Positions 51,671-64,000 of a stretch of DNA of 64,000 bases are shown piece after piece. A program made the translations under genes and the position numbers. The DNA comes from Macrostomum lignano (taxonomy: Eukaryota). The DNA lies in NCBI GenBank assembly GCA_002269645.1, contig NIVC01000391.1:434001-498000 (forward strand), written 5' to 3'. The notes beneath the pieces are model-generated. The model ran no database searches, was not told the DNA's origin, and saw only the letters and a list, made by a program, of their open reading frames with translations. Every line of letters begins with the position of its first letter. The first letter of the stretch is position 1.

Positions 51671-52247
51671 ATATATATGTTACTTGAATAGTCCTTGGTT
51701 ATACAACGGGCCTGACTTTCTGATCGTCAGGCTGTACACTCGCTGCCCTCATGGTTGTGAATCGCACGACAGCGACCCCTCGGCAAATTTTCGTGCACAG
51801 GCCCCAAATGAATCGCAATGAATCCAGGGGTCGCGGCTAGGGAAACAGATCGTCAAGCTGATTTTCATTTTATGTGTGAAGGTCTGTTCATTACTCTTCG
51901 TACGTGCTATAAAGACTTGCGTTTATTACGAAATGTTTTATATATTTTGTAAGGTATTATCGTATAGAATTTCAGTCATTTGGCTTAGGTCTAGTTTTCG
52001 GCGTAGATAGATTCTCAGATCCAATAGCAAGCGCGGCTAGTTGCAGTACATGCCATAGACTATATTGGCGGGGCCCTGCTGCCCGCTGAATACGTAGGCA
52101 TGTGTTTATGTCTGTGGCCAAAAGTCTGTCTATGTATTGATTTGAATGCATGTTTATGGCTGCGGCCAAAAATCTCTGTGTTGATATGAAGGCGTGTTTA
52201 TGTCTATGGTCGAAAGGATACAAAATCATTTTTACCTACCTCGGCGC

Positions 52248-53761
52248 TTACTCACCCGTCTCGCCGGCGCACTGGCACGCGGTGGCCTGAGCGTCGAGGT
52301 AGAACTCGCAGCCGAAGCCTTGCACTGTTTCGTAGAACAACCCGGCGATGCTCTTGCAGTCTGGGCATTGTGTCCGAAATGAAACTAATTATTTTTGTTG
52401 CTAGTGCGATTTTCGGTGACACAAAAGGCCGTATGCAGAAAGCTTAGTCCAGACTAGCTAGTCCGGACTTGGGTAGTTCAGTCTATAGTCTATGGTCTAG
52501 CTACCCTAGTTCTGCTATAGTAGACTGGTCTAACTTTGTGTTTCTGTATACCAAATCCAAGTCTAGACTAGCTTTTCAAGACCGGACTACCCTAGACAGA
52601 GCTTTCTGCATACGGCCCTTTGAGGCCTGCATATTCATTTACGAGTATAACTAGATGGGTCACTCACACCTGCTGAGTGCATCTGAGGATGTGTACAGCC
52701 TGTGAGACTGTGAGAGCTGAAACTCCCACCCTGTACCCTATAAGCCCTATCACACCTGGAAAAACTGGAGCTCACTGTGGTGTTCGCATCCTCAGTGGCT
52801 TTGTCCTAATCTCCAAAGGCCAATGACAACGCCCTGTGCTTACTGTCATAGTCCTTTGCATCCGGCAGTTGTCCCCTGGACCTCATTGAGTCGCACGCCT
52901 GGCTCAAGCAGGCTTTGAACTCGGATTCGCAGTCAGACTTGGCAGCATTGCAGGTGCCGTAGCAGATGTCGTGACGGTTGCAGCACTCGGTCACTGCGGG
53001 CAGCGCGCTTGTGTCCACCTGCATTGGGATGGATGGTGCGAACTGTTGAGTCTGTGACATTTAGATTGGGTGGTGTCTGTTAGATCCAAATGAGGCATTA
53101 CTACTGTACTGCTTAGATCGATTGGAACCAGGGTGTCTGCTTGATCTAAATCAGCTTGAACTGGTTCGTCTGCCGGATCTAGATCGGTGGTTCATCTTCT
53201 AGATCTAGATCGGTCGGTTGAAGCTGGTTCATCTGCCAGATCTAGATCGGTCTGTTGGAACTGGTTCATCTTCCAGATCTAGATCGGTCTGTTGGAACTG
53301 GTTCATCTTCCAGATCTAGATCGGTCTGTTGGAACTGGTTTATCTACCGGATCTAGATCAGTTGGAACTAGTTCATCTGCCAGATCTAGATCGGTTGGAA
53401 CTGAATTGTCTACGAGATCTAGGTCAGTTGCGACATGAGTGTTTGAAGTCTCTATTCGTGAGTCGGCTCGGCTCACGTGAAACTCTCGACTCCCGCAGCC
53501 GTTGAAAGTGGGCTTGTAGGCCGGCCTTGGCCTCGATGGAGCCCCGTCTGGGCACCTGAACCGGCACTGCTCTGCCTCTCCGCTGGCCCCGCCGACACCG
53601 CTGCCACCGCCAAGGAAGGTGTTGAAGACGCGCAGACTGTCTAGTGTGGCACCGAGCGACCCGAGGGACTCTTCGTCTTTAGCTGCCTGGCTCTGGCCGA
53701 GTGTCCAGGCCGTTAGAAGCAGTGACAGGCAGAGTGAGCAGACTGTGAAACGGAGTGACAT
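52248..53761 (-). CDS. PLA2G12A: Group XII secretory phospholipase A2, 190 aa, 3 exons
   Basis: Exons 53761-53477, 53018-52844 and 52360-52248 with matching phases (573 nt). Signal peptide, CRFRCPDG, NGCGS, the catalytic CCNRHDICYGTC (His-Asp intact), and C-terminal GCEFYLDAQATACQC. The last codons GGT GAG TAA could alternatively be a splice donor. Confidence 0.9.
52427..52617. mobile_element. Small MITE with 18-bp TIRs in PLA2 intron 2
   Basis: GGCCGTATGCAGAAAGCT (52427) and AGCTTTCTGCATACGGCC (52600-52617); no TSD seen. Confidence 0.6.
53110..53425. repeat. Degenerate tandem repeat of about 35 bp (GATCTAGATCGGTCTGTTGGAACTGGTTCATCTTCCA) in PLA2 intron 1
   Basis: Directly visible. Confidence 0.85.
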
Positions 53762-54990
53762 TTTACAGTGCAGCAGTGCTCAGATTGGAACTCCGCTGGT
53801 GCTCAGTGGCGCGCGACCCAATTCCCGTTTTATTTCCCATTGCTGATCGGTAAAATTTGCATGAGCCATTATTGAAACACCTGCTTTTGCAGTGGACTGC
53901 TGCGGACAAGTGTTTGCCTTACAAACCAGCAGGTAACCATGTGTGTTTGCTTTGTGCAGAAATCAGTTAGCAAAATGAAATTATTGAAGCGAGCGATAGG
54001 AAAAATTCCCCTAAATTTTACGCTGAGACTCCACCCTAACTCAATTGTGCACCGAAGCCTTCATGAGAAATCGCAGTCTCAACTTCGTATGAAAACTTCT
54101 GTATCAGCTATCGGTTTGTACTGTTGCAAGCAAACAGTTTGAGGTGCAGATAAGTCGGGACTTTGGCCTCAAAACAGCTAAGCTCTGTCTAGAACCGCGA
54201 TACCTGAGTTCGCTATACAAAGTATCTGCAGTTGCTTGGAAAGTTATCTTTCTCGAGAAACAGCAGCGCATCACGCAGTGCCAGCCTGGCTCTTATCAGT
54301 GACTAACACCTCTACCTGCTATTTTTGTTCCCTGAGAAAGTTTGCCTGCAGCGATAAGAGAAACGATAACGAAATCGATCCAACCGCACTGAGAAATACG
54401 TGTTACTTTCGTTGCTGTGTTTGCACTGTAAAACTGTAGGAGAGCATTGGGGGGCCTAGGAAGAATAACTGTGGTTAAATAAAGTTTAGTATTTAGTAGC
54501 ATCGATGACTGGAGTATTCTCAGGTTATGTAAGCAGAAACGTTATAAATCTATTCATAAATCGGATAAACTTGTAAAATTTGAAAGTAAAACTTCAACTA
54601 AACTATAATTTAACTGTTCAACACGTCATCATGAAGACTTCTACAGGCTCTACAAGTTTTTAAATGTTATTATTTTTTCTGGAGTTTTGCAACTCTGAAA
54701 AACATAATTTTGAAAAAAAAATCAGGGTTTGCCTTGGCTTTCTCTGAAACTTTCTTTCGGAGAAAGTGACGCCGATAAGAGAAGCAAGGTTGAAGAGTTT
54801 TGCAATTCTTGCTGCTGCCCTTGGCATGCCTGAACTCCAATTCTGCAGCTCTCGTCACCGGCCGATAAGATAACAGCCGAGGCCTCTGAGTTTTTTTATA
54901 AAACCAAGCTTGCTCGAAAGCAGAGAAAATGGATTGTCGCTATATTTTTTGTTGACAATCTCTCTGACCGGTTCAAGTCTCGCTGTGGCA

Positions 54991-56261
<1,271 letters not shown>

Positions 56262-58727
56262 CCAGCGAGGCAATTCCGCGGAATTTCCCCGACTTTTCCC
56301 TGCGCCGAAGATCAATAATAACCAATTCAGTACAGTAAAGTGCAGTCTGTACGGAAGAAAGACTCCCTCTATCTGTATTCTCTGGGACTAAAATCTATTT
56401 TTCTAGCCCAAAGCTCCCGTGGCGCTTCTGCAAAACTTTTTTTTAAATATATAAACCCCTAAAAATAGTCGCAGGATCTGTCGTAAAGAACAGAATACTT
56501 TTCTTGTTTTTTCGTGGGCGATAAACTAACTATAATAATGCAGGGGTCGACAAACTCCGACGTACGGGCCACATGGTTCCGTTGAAACTTCAAAACAGCA
56601 ATCCGGCCTGCTCAAGGTTTGTCTCTTCTCAACTCTCTTCTCCCCTCCTCTCATCTCCTCTCTCTATTCTCTCTTCTTTCCTCTCTTCTCTCCCTAATTT
56701 CCGCTTCTTTGCTATCTCATCCGGCGCGCAGACACGAGCTCCATACGAGCGAGCGTATTGATGTCTGTTTCTCCCGGCAGTACGCACAGAGGGTGTTCCA
56801 CGCGTAGGGTTGGACGTAAAAATGTCAGTTTTTTCTCCCCGGTTGGGGCTGCTTTGGGCTGTTTTCCGCTCAGTTTCTCTATCATATTGACTGATCAGGT
56901 CTTGACTGATTCTGGCGTGACGTCACTGGCTATGCGCCGCCCGTATTTTTTCCTGACTGTTGACATTAACTCTTGTTTACTTGAAACTTGGAAAGCAACG
57001 AGTAGTTGGTTGTTCCCGGATTCCTACAGGATAAGTAAAGTTATTAGTACGCTCGTATTTACTACTACTAGTACGTTCACTATTTTTTGAATAAACTACA
57101 TGTAGCTTTTGAAATTGTTCAGTCACTTCTTAAGGAGAATTATGTTTAAAACAAACAAGCATCAGCCCAGAAGGCCAGCTATCTGACCTAAGATATCAGC
57201 ATCCCCTTTGAGTTTTGGCATCAAAGCCTTTTTTAAGCCACGGCTTGTCCCTAATTCTCCCTTTGATGCTTGGCCTACCAACAACTACCAAGAGGAATAT
57301 GTGTGGACTTTCCAACGACGAGTTGGCTTTTTTTGTCATCCGAGAGTCGAGCAATCGCTTTGTTCTGGAGTGGAGATTAACAATTTGGACGCGTCGTCCT
57401 GTACCGAAGTGCTGCCTGAGCCGACTAGCGATGATCTACAAATGCTGGACCGGATTGAGAATGAGTCTGTGCCGAAATCGACCGAGACTCAACGAAAACT
57501 TCACTTCACGCAAGATTCCCACAGTTTCTCAATGAGAAGGAGCTCTGCCTGCTCTGGAGAAGTGGATTAATTCCTGAACGATTATCTGAGGCTTTTCTAA
57601 TCGTCTCTTCGAAAGCAGGATGGAACACATACTACGCGCCAAAGTCTCTCATCTGTTTTCGTGCGGCCATTCAACAGCACCTGGAATCCCCGTCCGTCAA
57701 TCGCCAGGTGAACAAGTAAAACAAGACTGCTTAGTTATTCGCTTTTGTCCTTACGAACTTATTTCTGACAGTGGAACAAAATTACTCCGTTGTTTTTTGT
57801 TGCTGTTCGTCGTTGTATGCTTCAATTCAACAATCAACAATCTGAAACAGCCGGCAAACAATTGAATTGTTGCCGGAAGGCTTTACTGCCGAAAACCAGA
57901 GACAAAAGGGTACGAAGTAACGATAGTTGACTTTTTTCTCTTATTTCTTTTTATTGAATCGAAAGTTCATAGATCCTTCTACATGTACATGTATGAAAAT
58001 TTTCCACTTATCTCGGGTTATTGAGTAGTCCTTGAGCTGATATTGAAATCGTGACATTCGAACGAACTCTTAGTACACCTTTTTCCGTTCACACCTTTTT
58101 GTCCATCTTGCGAAACTCATTAAGCCGCTTCTGCCTCTGCCCTCATACCTTCATGTTTAAATTGAGCGCTGCGTGCCGAAATAGAATGCAAGTTTTGTTG
58201 AAATTGCGCAGCAAAAGGTGTAAACTTAATGTAATGCTTGAGAGTGTTGTTTGCAAGTAAAACTAACTCATAAGGATGTCTCAGTCAGGTGACAGTATTC
58301 TCTGTCATGTGAAGCGCCCCCATAGAGAGAGCTTGAACGGAGAAAAACAAGATGAAAACTTGTCAAGCCGTTTACAAAAATATCTACATTTCCTTCGCAA
58401 GGCCACGCGGTGGCGCGCCTCAACGAGCGTGAGTGGAAAAATATTCCTTGGAAAACAAAATGCGATCCGGCTGTCTGTGCTCAACTAACTTGGATGTCAA
58501 TAGGTTGCCGTGGCGTAAAAATATTTACATCACTTCTGCCAGCTGCGGAGGAATTGTTTGGTCAAATGTGCTCTGCCTCTGTTTTGGTAAAACGCATTGC
58601 TCAATAGGAAGCATTTGTCTATAAATATCTCGTAGGTCGGCAGTAAAGGAATTTCAGCATGCTCAATAGGAAAAACGATAGACAAAGTAGATAGAAATCT
58701 TTGCTCAGGACAAAGCTTGCGAACTAC

Positions 58728-60908
58728 ATGGCGGGCCAAACTGGTGAGTGAGCAAACTGAGATTAGTCAGTTAATCCCTGGTGATGAGATCTGCTCTAAC
58801 AGTTCATTTTAAGCCAGGCTTTGTAGATTTGAAGTGTTAAATTCGGTTTCTAACTTTGTTTTTTCAGATAAGTTTCTTTTGCTTTTAATTGAGCTGCTGC
58901 TTGTTGGTCGCCTGTGTCACTGCGTCCCGACAGAACGTGAGTAATGACTGCTTTGCGCAGACCCGCATGCTCTGTACGTTAACGAGATAAAAATTCAATA
59001 TTTTCCCCTAGATAGCTGCACTGATCCACCCGAAATCTCGACTTTAGGACCTGAAGCCTCGACTGCCCGACCTGTAGCCTCGACTGCCCGACCTGTAGCC
59101 TCGACTGCCCGACCTGTAGCCTCGACTGCCCGACCTGTAGCCTCGACTGCCCGACCTGTAGCCTCGACCGCCCGACCTGAAGCTTCAACTGCTCGACCTA
59201 AAGCCTCAACTGCTCGACTTGAAGCCTCGACCGCCCGACCTGAAGCTTCAACTGCTCGACCTGAAGCTTCAACTGCTCGACCTAAAGCCTCAACTGCCCG
59301 ACTTGAAGCCTCGACTGCCCGACCTGAAGCTTCAACTGCTCGACCTGAAGCTTCAACTGCTCGACCTGAAGCTTCAACTGCTCGACCTGAAGCTTCAACT
59401 GCTCGACCTGAAGCCTCGACTGCCCGACCTGAAGCCTCGACTGCTCGACCTGTAGCCTCGACTGCCCGACCTGTAGCCTCGACTGCCCGACCTGTAGCCT
59501 CGACTGCCCGACTTAAGCCTCGACCGCCCGACCTGAAGCTTCAACTGCTCGACCTGAAGCTTCAACTGCTCGACCTAAAGCCTCAACTGCTCGACTTGAA
59601 GCCTCGACCGCCCGACCTGAAGCTTCAACTGCTCGACCTAAAGCCTCAACTGCCCGACTTGAAGCCTCGACTGCCCGACCTGAAGCTTCAACTGCTCGAC
59701 CTGAAGCTTCAACTGCTCGACCTGAAGCTTCAACTGCTCGACCTGAAGCTTCAACTGCTCGACCTAAAGCCTCGACTGCCCGACCTGAAGCCTCGACTGC
59801 CCGACCTGTAGCCTCGACTGCCCGACCTGAAGCTTCAACTGCTCGACCTGAAGCTTCAACTGCTCGACCTGAAGCTTCAACTCCTCGACCTGAAGCTTCA
59901 ACTGCTCGACCTGGTGCTTCAACTGCCCGACCTGAAGCTTCAACTGCTCGAGCTGTAGCCTCGACTCCCCGACCTGAAGCTTCAACTGCTCGACCTGTAG
60001 CCTCGACTGCCCGACCTGAAACATCGACTGCTCGACCTGAAGCTCTAACTGATCGACCTGAGTTTCGACTGCTCGACCTGAGCTTTCGACTGCTCGACCT
60101 GAGGTCTCGACTGCTCAAACTGAGGCTTCGACTGCTCGAAAGCCCACTGATCGTCCTGAATCCTGAACTGCTCGACCTGCTTGAACTGAGGCTTCGACTG
60201 ATCGACCTGAGGCTTCGACTGATCGACCTGAGGCTTCGACTGATCGACCTGAGGCTTCGACTGCTCGATAAGAGGCTTCGGCTGAATCGACCTAAAGCTT
60301 CGCCTGATCGACCTGAAGCCTCGACTGTTCTTCCTAAAGTCTCCACTGCTCGACCTGAAACATCGACTGCTCGACCTGAAACATCGACTGCTCCACCTGA
60401 TGTCTCGGCTGATCAACTTCGACAGCTCGAGCGTGAGATTCAACAGCTTGAGCGTGAGATTCAACAGCTTGAGCGTGAGATTCAACAGCTTGAGCGTGAG
60501 ATTCGACAGCTCACGCTCCTACTGTTCAAGCTGGATCGTCGACTGAATCGACCTGAAGCTTCGCCTGGTCGACCTGAAGCTTCGCCTGGTCGATCTGATG
60601 CCTTGACTGATCGAGCTGAACTTCGACAACTCGAGAAGATGCTTCGACTGCTCAAGATGAAGCTTCGACTGCTCAATCTAATGCTGGAGTCTCGACTGAA
60701 CCAGCTTCGACTGCTCGAGCTTCCATTGAATCGACCTGAAGCTTCGCCTGATCGAGCTGAAATTCGACAGCTCGAGCAGAAGCTTCGACAGCTCGAGCTG
60801 ATGCTTCGACTGCTCGAGCAGATGCTTCGACTGCTCGAGCAGATGCTTCGACTGCTTGAGCAGATGCTTCGACCGAATCGACCTGAAGCGCCACCTTTTC
60901 TTGTCTGA
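58728..60908 (+). CDS. Uncharacterised secreted repeat protein, about 660 aa: signal peptide, about 48 RPEASTA-type heptads, four Leu-rich coiled-coil blocks
   Basis: Exons 58728-58743, 58868-58936 and 59012-60908; both introns are phase-1 GTGAGT..AG. The N-terminus reads MAGQTDKFLLLLIELLLVGRLCHC-VPTEHSCTDPPEISTLG. Repeat variation is concentrated at third codon positions of the RPEASTA frame (GCC/GCT, TCG/TCA, ACT/ACC). One 20-nt unit at about 59514 (CTT[G]AA) breaks the frame as assembled. Confidence 0.8.
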
Positions 60909-61028
60909 CCTACTGTAATCCGCATTACTGAATCACTGATTGCAAATTTCATTGACAATATCTTTTGTCCTGCCGACTTGATTTGTGATACTGACCTACT
61001 GACTCATATCGACTCGAGTTCGCATGTA

Positions 61029-62639
61029 TACTCAGCAACATCGAAAAGTCACCATCACAGAAGATTCCGTCTGTGGTCGCCACTTTTGAGAGTGCAGGTA
61101 AGTCTCTCAATCTTTACGAGTGACGCAACTCAGCTACGCCGCGGCAGACTTGAGTCGAGGAATGAAGTGGGGGAGCGGTATGCGAGGGCTGGACGGATTA
61201 AAGCCACCCGGATCAGCTTTCTCGTATCTTTTATTTCAGATTAGTCCAAGAGAAATTGCTCACTGGCGCATAGAGTGGCGACTTTTCAATGTTTCTGAGT
61301 ATAGTTTGCTGCGTCATGACGTCTAGCATTATCTACTGTTCTGTTACCACTTATTGCCGTCAAAATTTTAGCAACATTTGAACTTACTGTAGTGTACGCC
61401 CCCTCTATGCCTTCATGCTTTTCTCTGACTCTAGCTCACGCAACCAACGTTCACTAGCTCTGGCCCCTCAAACTATTACCTAACATTGTAAAGAACTTTT
61501 ATCCAGACATTGCAATCTCTAGAGCGTTATGGGCATTCATTCAAGCATACAAACCTTAGAGATTTAGTATATTTAGATTTAGTACTCGTATATTTTAGAC
61601 TAGCAATCTAGTGCCCCCCTTTGGGACGGCCAATAAGCAAGTCTTGACATCTCAGCAATTCCCCAAGTCTTGACATCTCAGCAATTCTCCAAGTTTTGAC
61701 ATCTCAGCAACTCCCCAAGTCTTGACATTCTTAGCAATTCCTTAAGTCTTGACATCTCAGCAATTCCCCAAGTCTTGACATCTCAGCAACTTCCCAAGTC
61801 TTGACATCTCAGCAATTCCCCAAGTCTTGACATCTCAGCGATTGCCCCCGTAAGCCTTTTAAATGAGTTGTCTGTCTGTGTGCGATTGATTTAGCAAAAA
61901 CGGCTCAACCGATTTTCTTCAAACTTGCACCATTTGATCAAATTTTTTTGTTGACGGTACATGTGTCGTGGCTAAGAAGTTTCTCAATGCTAAGTGGATT
62001 AAATATTCGAAAAACGTGCTTTTTTGCAAAGGTAAAGCGAAAGTTTTCGACTTGAAATGCATTGTCAGAATGCTAGAGAAAAAACTGACTGACTGAATTT
62101 TGATTCTGATAAAGATAGCATCACAATATACTTTATATTTATCTTCCATTGACTGGCTGTGTTTATTGGTGACGCAATTCAAGTTGGATTACCGCTCAGT
62201 GTCGCAGCATAGCACAAGACTGCATTCCAGCTTCGGCTTGATTGACATTGCGTAACTATATTGTTAACTTTAACGAAAACAGATGAAGATGAAGACTAAC
62301 TGAGACATGTCCACGTGTAAAATTCGCAAACTAAATTTAAAAGCTGGAGAAAGGGAGAGGGAGCAACATTGATTGAAAAGTCGCCACTCTATGCGCCAGT
62401 GAGCAATTTCTCTTGGACATTCTGAAATAAAAGATACGAGAAAACTGCTCGGGGTAGCTTTAATCCGTCTAACCCTTGCACACCGCTCCCCCACTTCATT
62501 CCTCGACTCAAGTCTACCGCGGCGTAGCTAAGTTGCGTCACTCGCAAAGATTGAGAGACTTCGCGAGTGCCTGCACTCTCAAAAGTGGCGATCACAGACG
62601 GAATCTTCTGTGATGGCGACTTTTCGATGTTGCTGAGTA
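61029..62639. mobile_element. Tc1/mariner-type non-autonomous element A with TIRs of about 260 bp
   Basis: Both ends read TA|TACTCAGCAACATCGAAAAGTC; 61029-61290 is inverted at about 62375-62639. Confidence 0.8.
61632..61845. repeat. 26-bp tandem repeat (CAAGTCTTGACATCTCAGCAATTCCC) inside element A
   Basis: Directly visible. Confidence 0.9.
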
Positions 62640-62641
62640 TA

Positions 62642-63259
62642 CACTCAACAACAGTCAAAACCGCCACCCTACCGAGAGAGGCGACTTCTCTCTCACCTCA
62701 ACTGCAAGTGACGTAACTTGCGCCACGGCGTGGCTAAAGCTGGGTGAGAGTGAATTCCAGGGTGAGAGTACAAAAGGGACTGGGGTTGGGGTTGGGGGTG
62801 CAACAGTACACGTGACAATGGTCAGGCATATGACAGACGCTGAACGATGGCGCGCTGTTGGCATGCTAGAAGCTGGTGCATCCATCAGCGCAGTTGCTCG
62901 CCAATTTGGCCGATCACGTTCAACAATTCGAGCGCTGTTACGAAGTCCCAAGATACTGGTAGTGTTCAGCACGCAGCCATAGGCAGCCAGCGCCATGATC
63001 TCCGCGGCTCAACAGCCAGGGCAAATTGACGTCTGCTGCGGATTGTCAGGCGAACTCCGACCGCACCAGCCACCCTGTTCCGTCTAATGTGGGGTGAAAG
63101 AAGCAGATGGGGCATCCCCTGCATCCCCTGATTGCCCTTTCCTGCATTCACTCTCACCCAGCTTTAGCCACACCGTGGCGCAAGTTACGTCACTTGCAGT
63201 TGAGGTGAGAGAGAAGTCGCCTCTCTCGGTAGGGTGGCGGTTTTGACTGTTGCTGAGTA
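62642..63259 (+). mobile_element. Internally deleted Tc1-like element B with TIRs of about 115 bp
   Basis: Ends are TA|CACTCAACAACAGTCAAAACCGCC and GGCGGTTTTGACTGTTGCTGAGTA|TA; carries a transposase remnant. Confidence 0.85.
62830..63090 (+). pseudogene. Tc1 transposase N-terminal HTH remnant
   Basis: MTDAERWRAVGMLEAGASISAVARQFGRSRSTIRALLR / SQDTGSVQ ... RLLRIVRRTP, with a frameshift and a stop; no DDE domain. Confidence 0.8.
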
Positions 63260-63611
63260 TATATCTACTTGATTTGCAGCGCAAGCTTAATGCGACATCG
63301 CTAAAAACCATAGTGGCCTCTTTTGAGATATTTTTTAAAAATTCATATACAATATTCAATGCTTCAATGCATAAAGCCAAAAGTATGAGTTCAAGTTCGC
63401 TTTATTGCCCTCTTTTAATGACTCTTGTGCTTTTTCTCTAATTTTCTTAGTGAGAAAGTGCGAAAAAATCAGTGAAAAACTTGAAAAGATTAGTGAGAAG
63501 GAGAAATGATTAGTCAGAAAATATTTATTAAGAGCAGGAATACCGTATTCAGTACACCCCTGTGCGCCAATCAGCACTGCCCCTCAGTGCGGCCTTGCCA
63601 AGCCAGCTCTG

Positions 63612-63695
63612 ACTTTCATCAGCTCTGACATGTGTCTGCATCAGCTCTGACATGTGTCTGCATCAGCTCTGACATGTGTCTGCATCAGCTCTGAC
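63612..63695. repeat. 22-bp tandem repeat (CATCAGCTCTGACATGTGTCTG)
   Basis: Directly visible. Confidence 0.85.
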
Positions 63696-64000
63696 TTCGT
63701 TGATCACTGGCCTACACCGAGACGGAGCTTCTGGACCTTCAACAGGTGGCACCAGGTGACTATGAACACCCTGATGCGGATTTCTCTAGTTTCGCCGATC
63801 AAGCCTCGACAGTGGGCAAGCCTCAACTGTTGGACATCCTAAGCTAGTCTCTCAAGCATTCCGTCATCACCCCGACACCGTCGGCACCTTCAACAGGTGG
63901 CATCAGGTGACCATGGAATCCTGTTGCAACTATGTCAGATTTTTCTTTTCAAGCTTCAATGGTGGACAAACCTCAACTGCTAGGCATCCTTAGCTATATC

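Noticed and set aside
59513-60958. Minus-strand ASGRAVE, QVEQLKL and SSRS ORFs as the real product
   Set aside because: Splice sites, the signal peptide and third-position variation all support the plus-strand RPEASTA frame.

Overview
Eukaryotic, intron-rich and satellite-rich DNA with GC3-rich exons. The style suggests a free-living flatworm such as Macrostomum; this is inference only. Host genes, in order: an orphan class-A GPCR (-), CFAP68/C11orf1 (-, 2 exons), calcineurin A (+, 10 exons over about 24.5 kb, with introns filled by satellites), a group XII secretory PLA2 (-, 3 exons), cathepsin L (+, 4 exons), and a 3-exon secreted repeat protein of about 660 aa (+) whose true frame is mostly absent from the ORF track. 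Between CFAP68 and calcineurin lies a young, full-length Ty3/Gypsy element (1211-bp LTRs, 4-bp TSD) nested in a hAT-type MITE (8-bp TSD). Two observations stand out. (1) The Gypsy element encodes a cold-shock (Y-box/Lin28-type) domain directly behind a canonical -1 frameshift signal, between Gag and protease. (2) The secreted protein builds both its Pro/Ser/Thr-rich linkers and its Leu-rich coiled-coil blocks from the same 21-nt repeat read in two different frames. Several 1-nt deletions in otherwise intact genes look like assembly errors. Everything was read by eye; no database searches were run.
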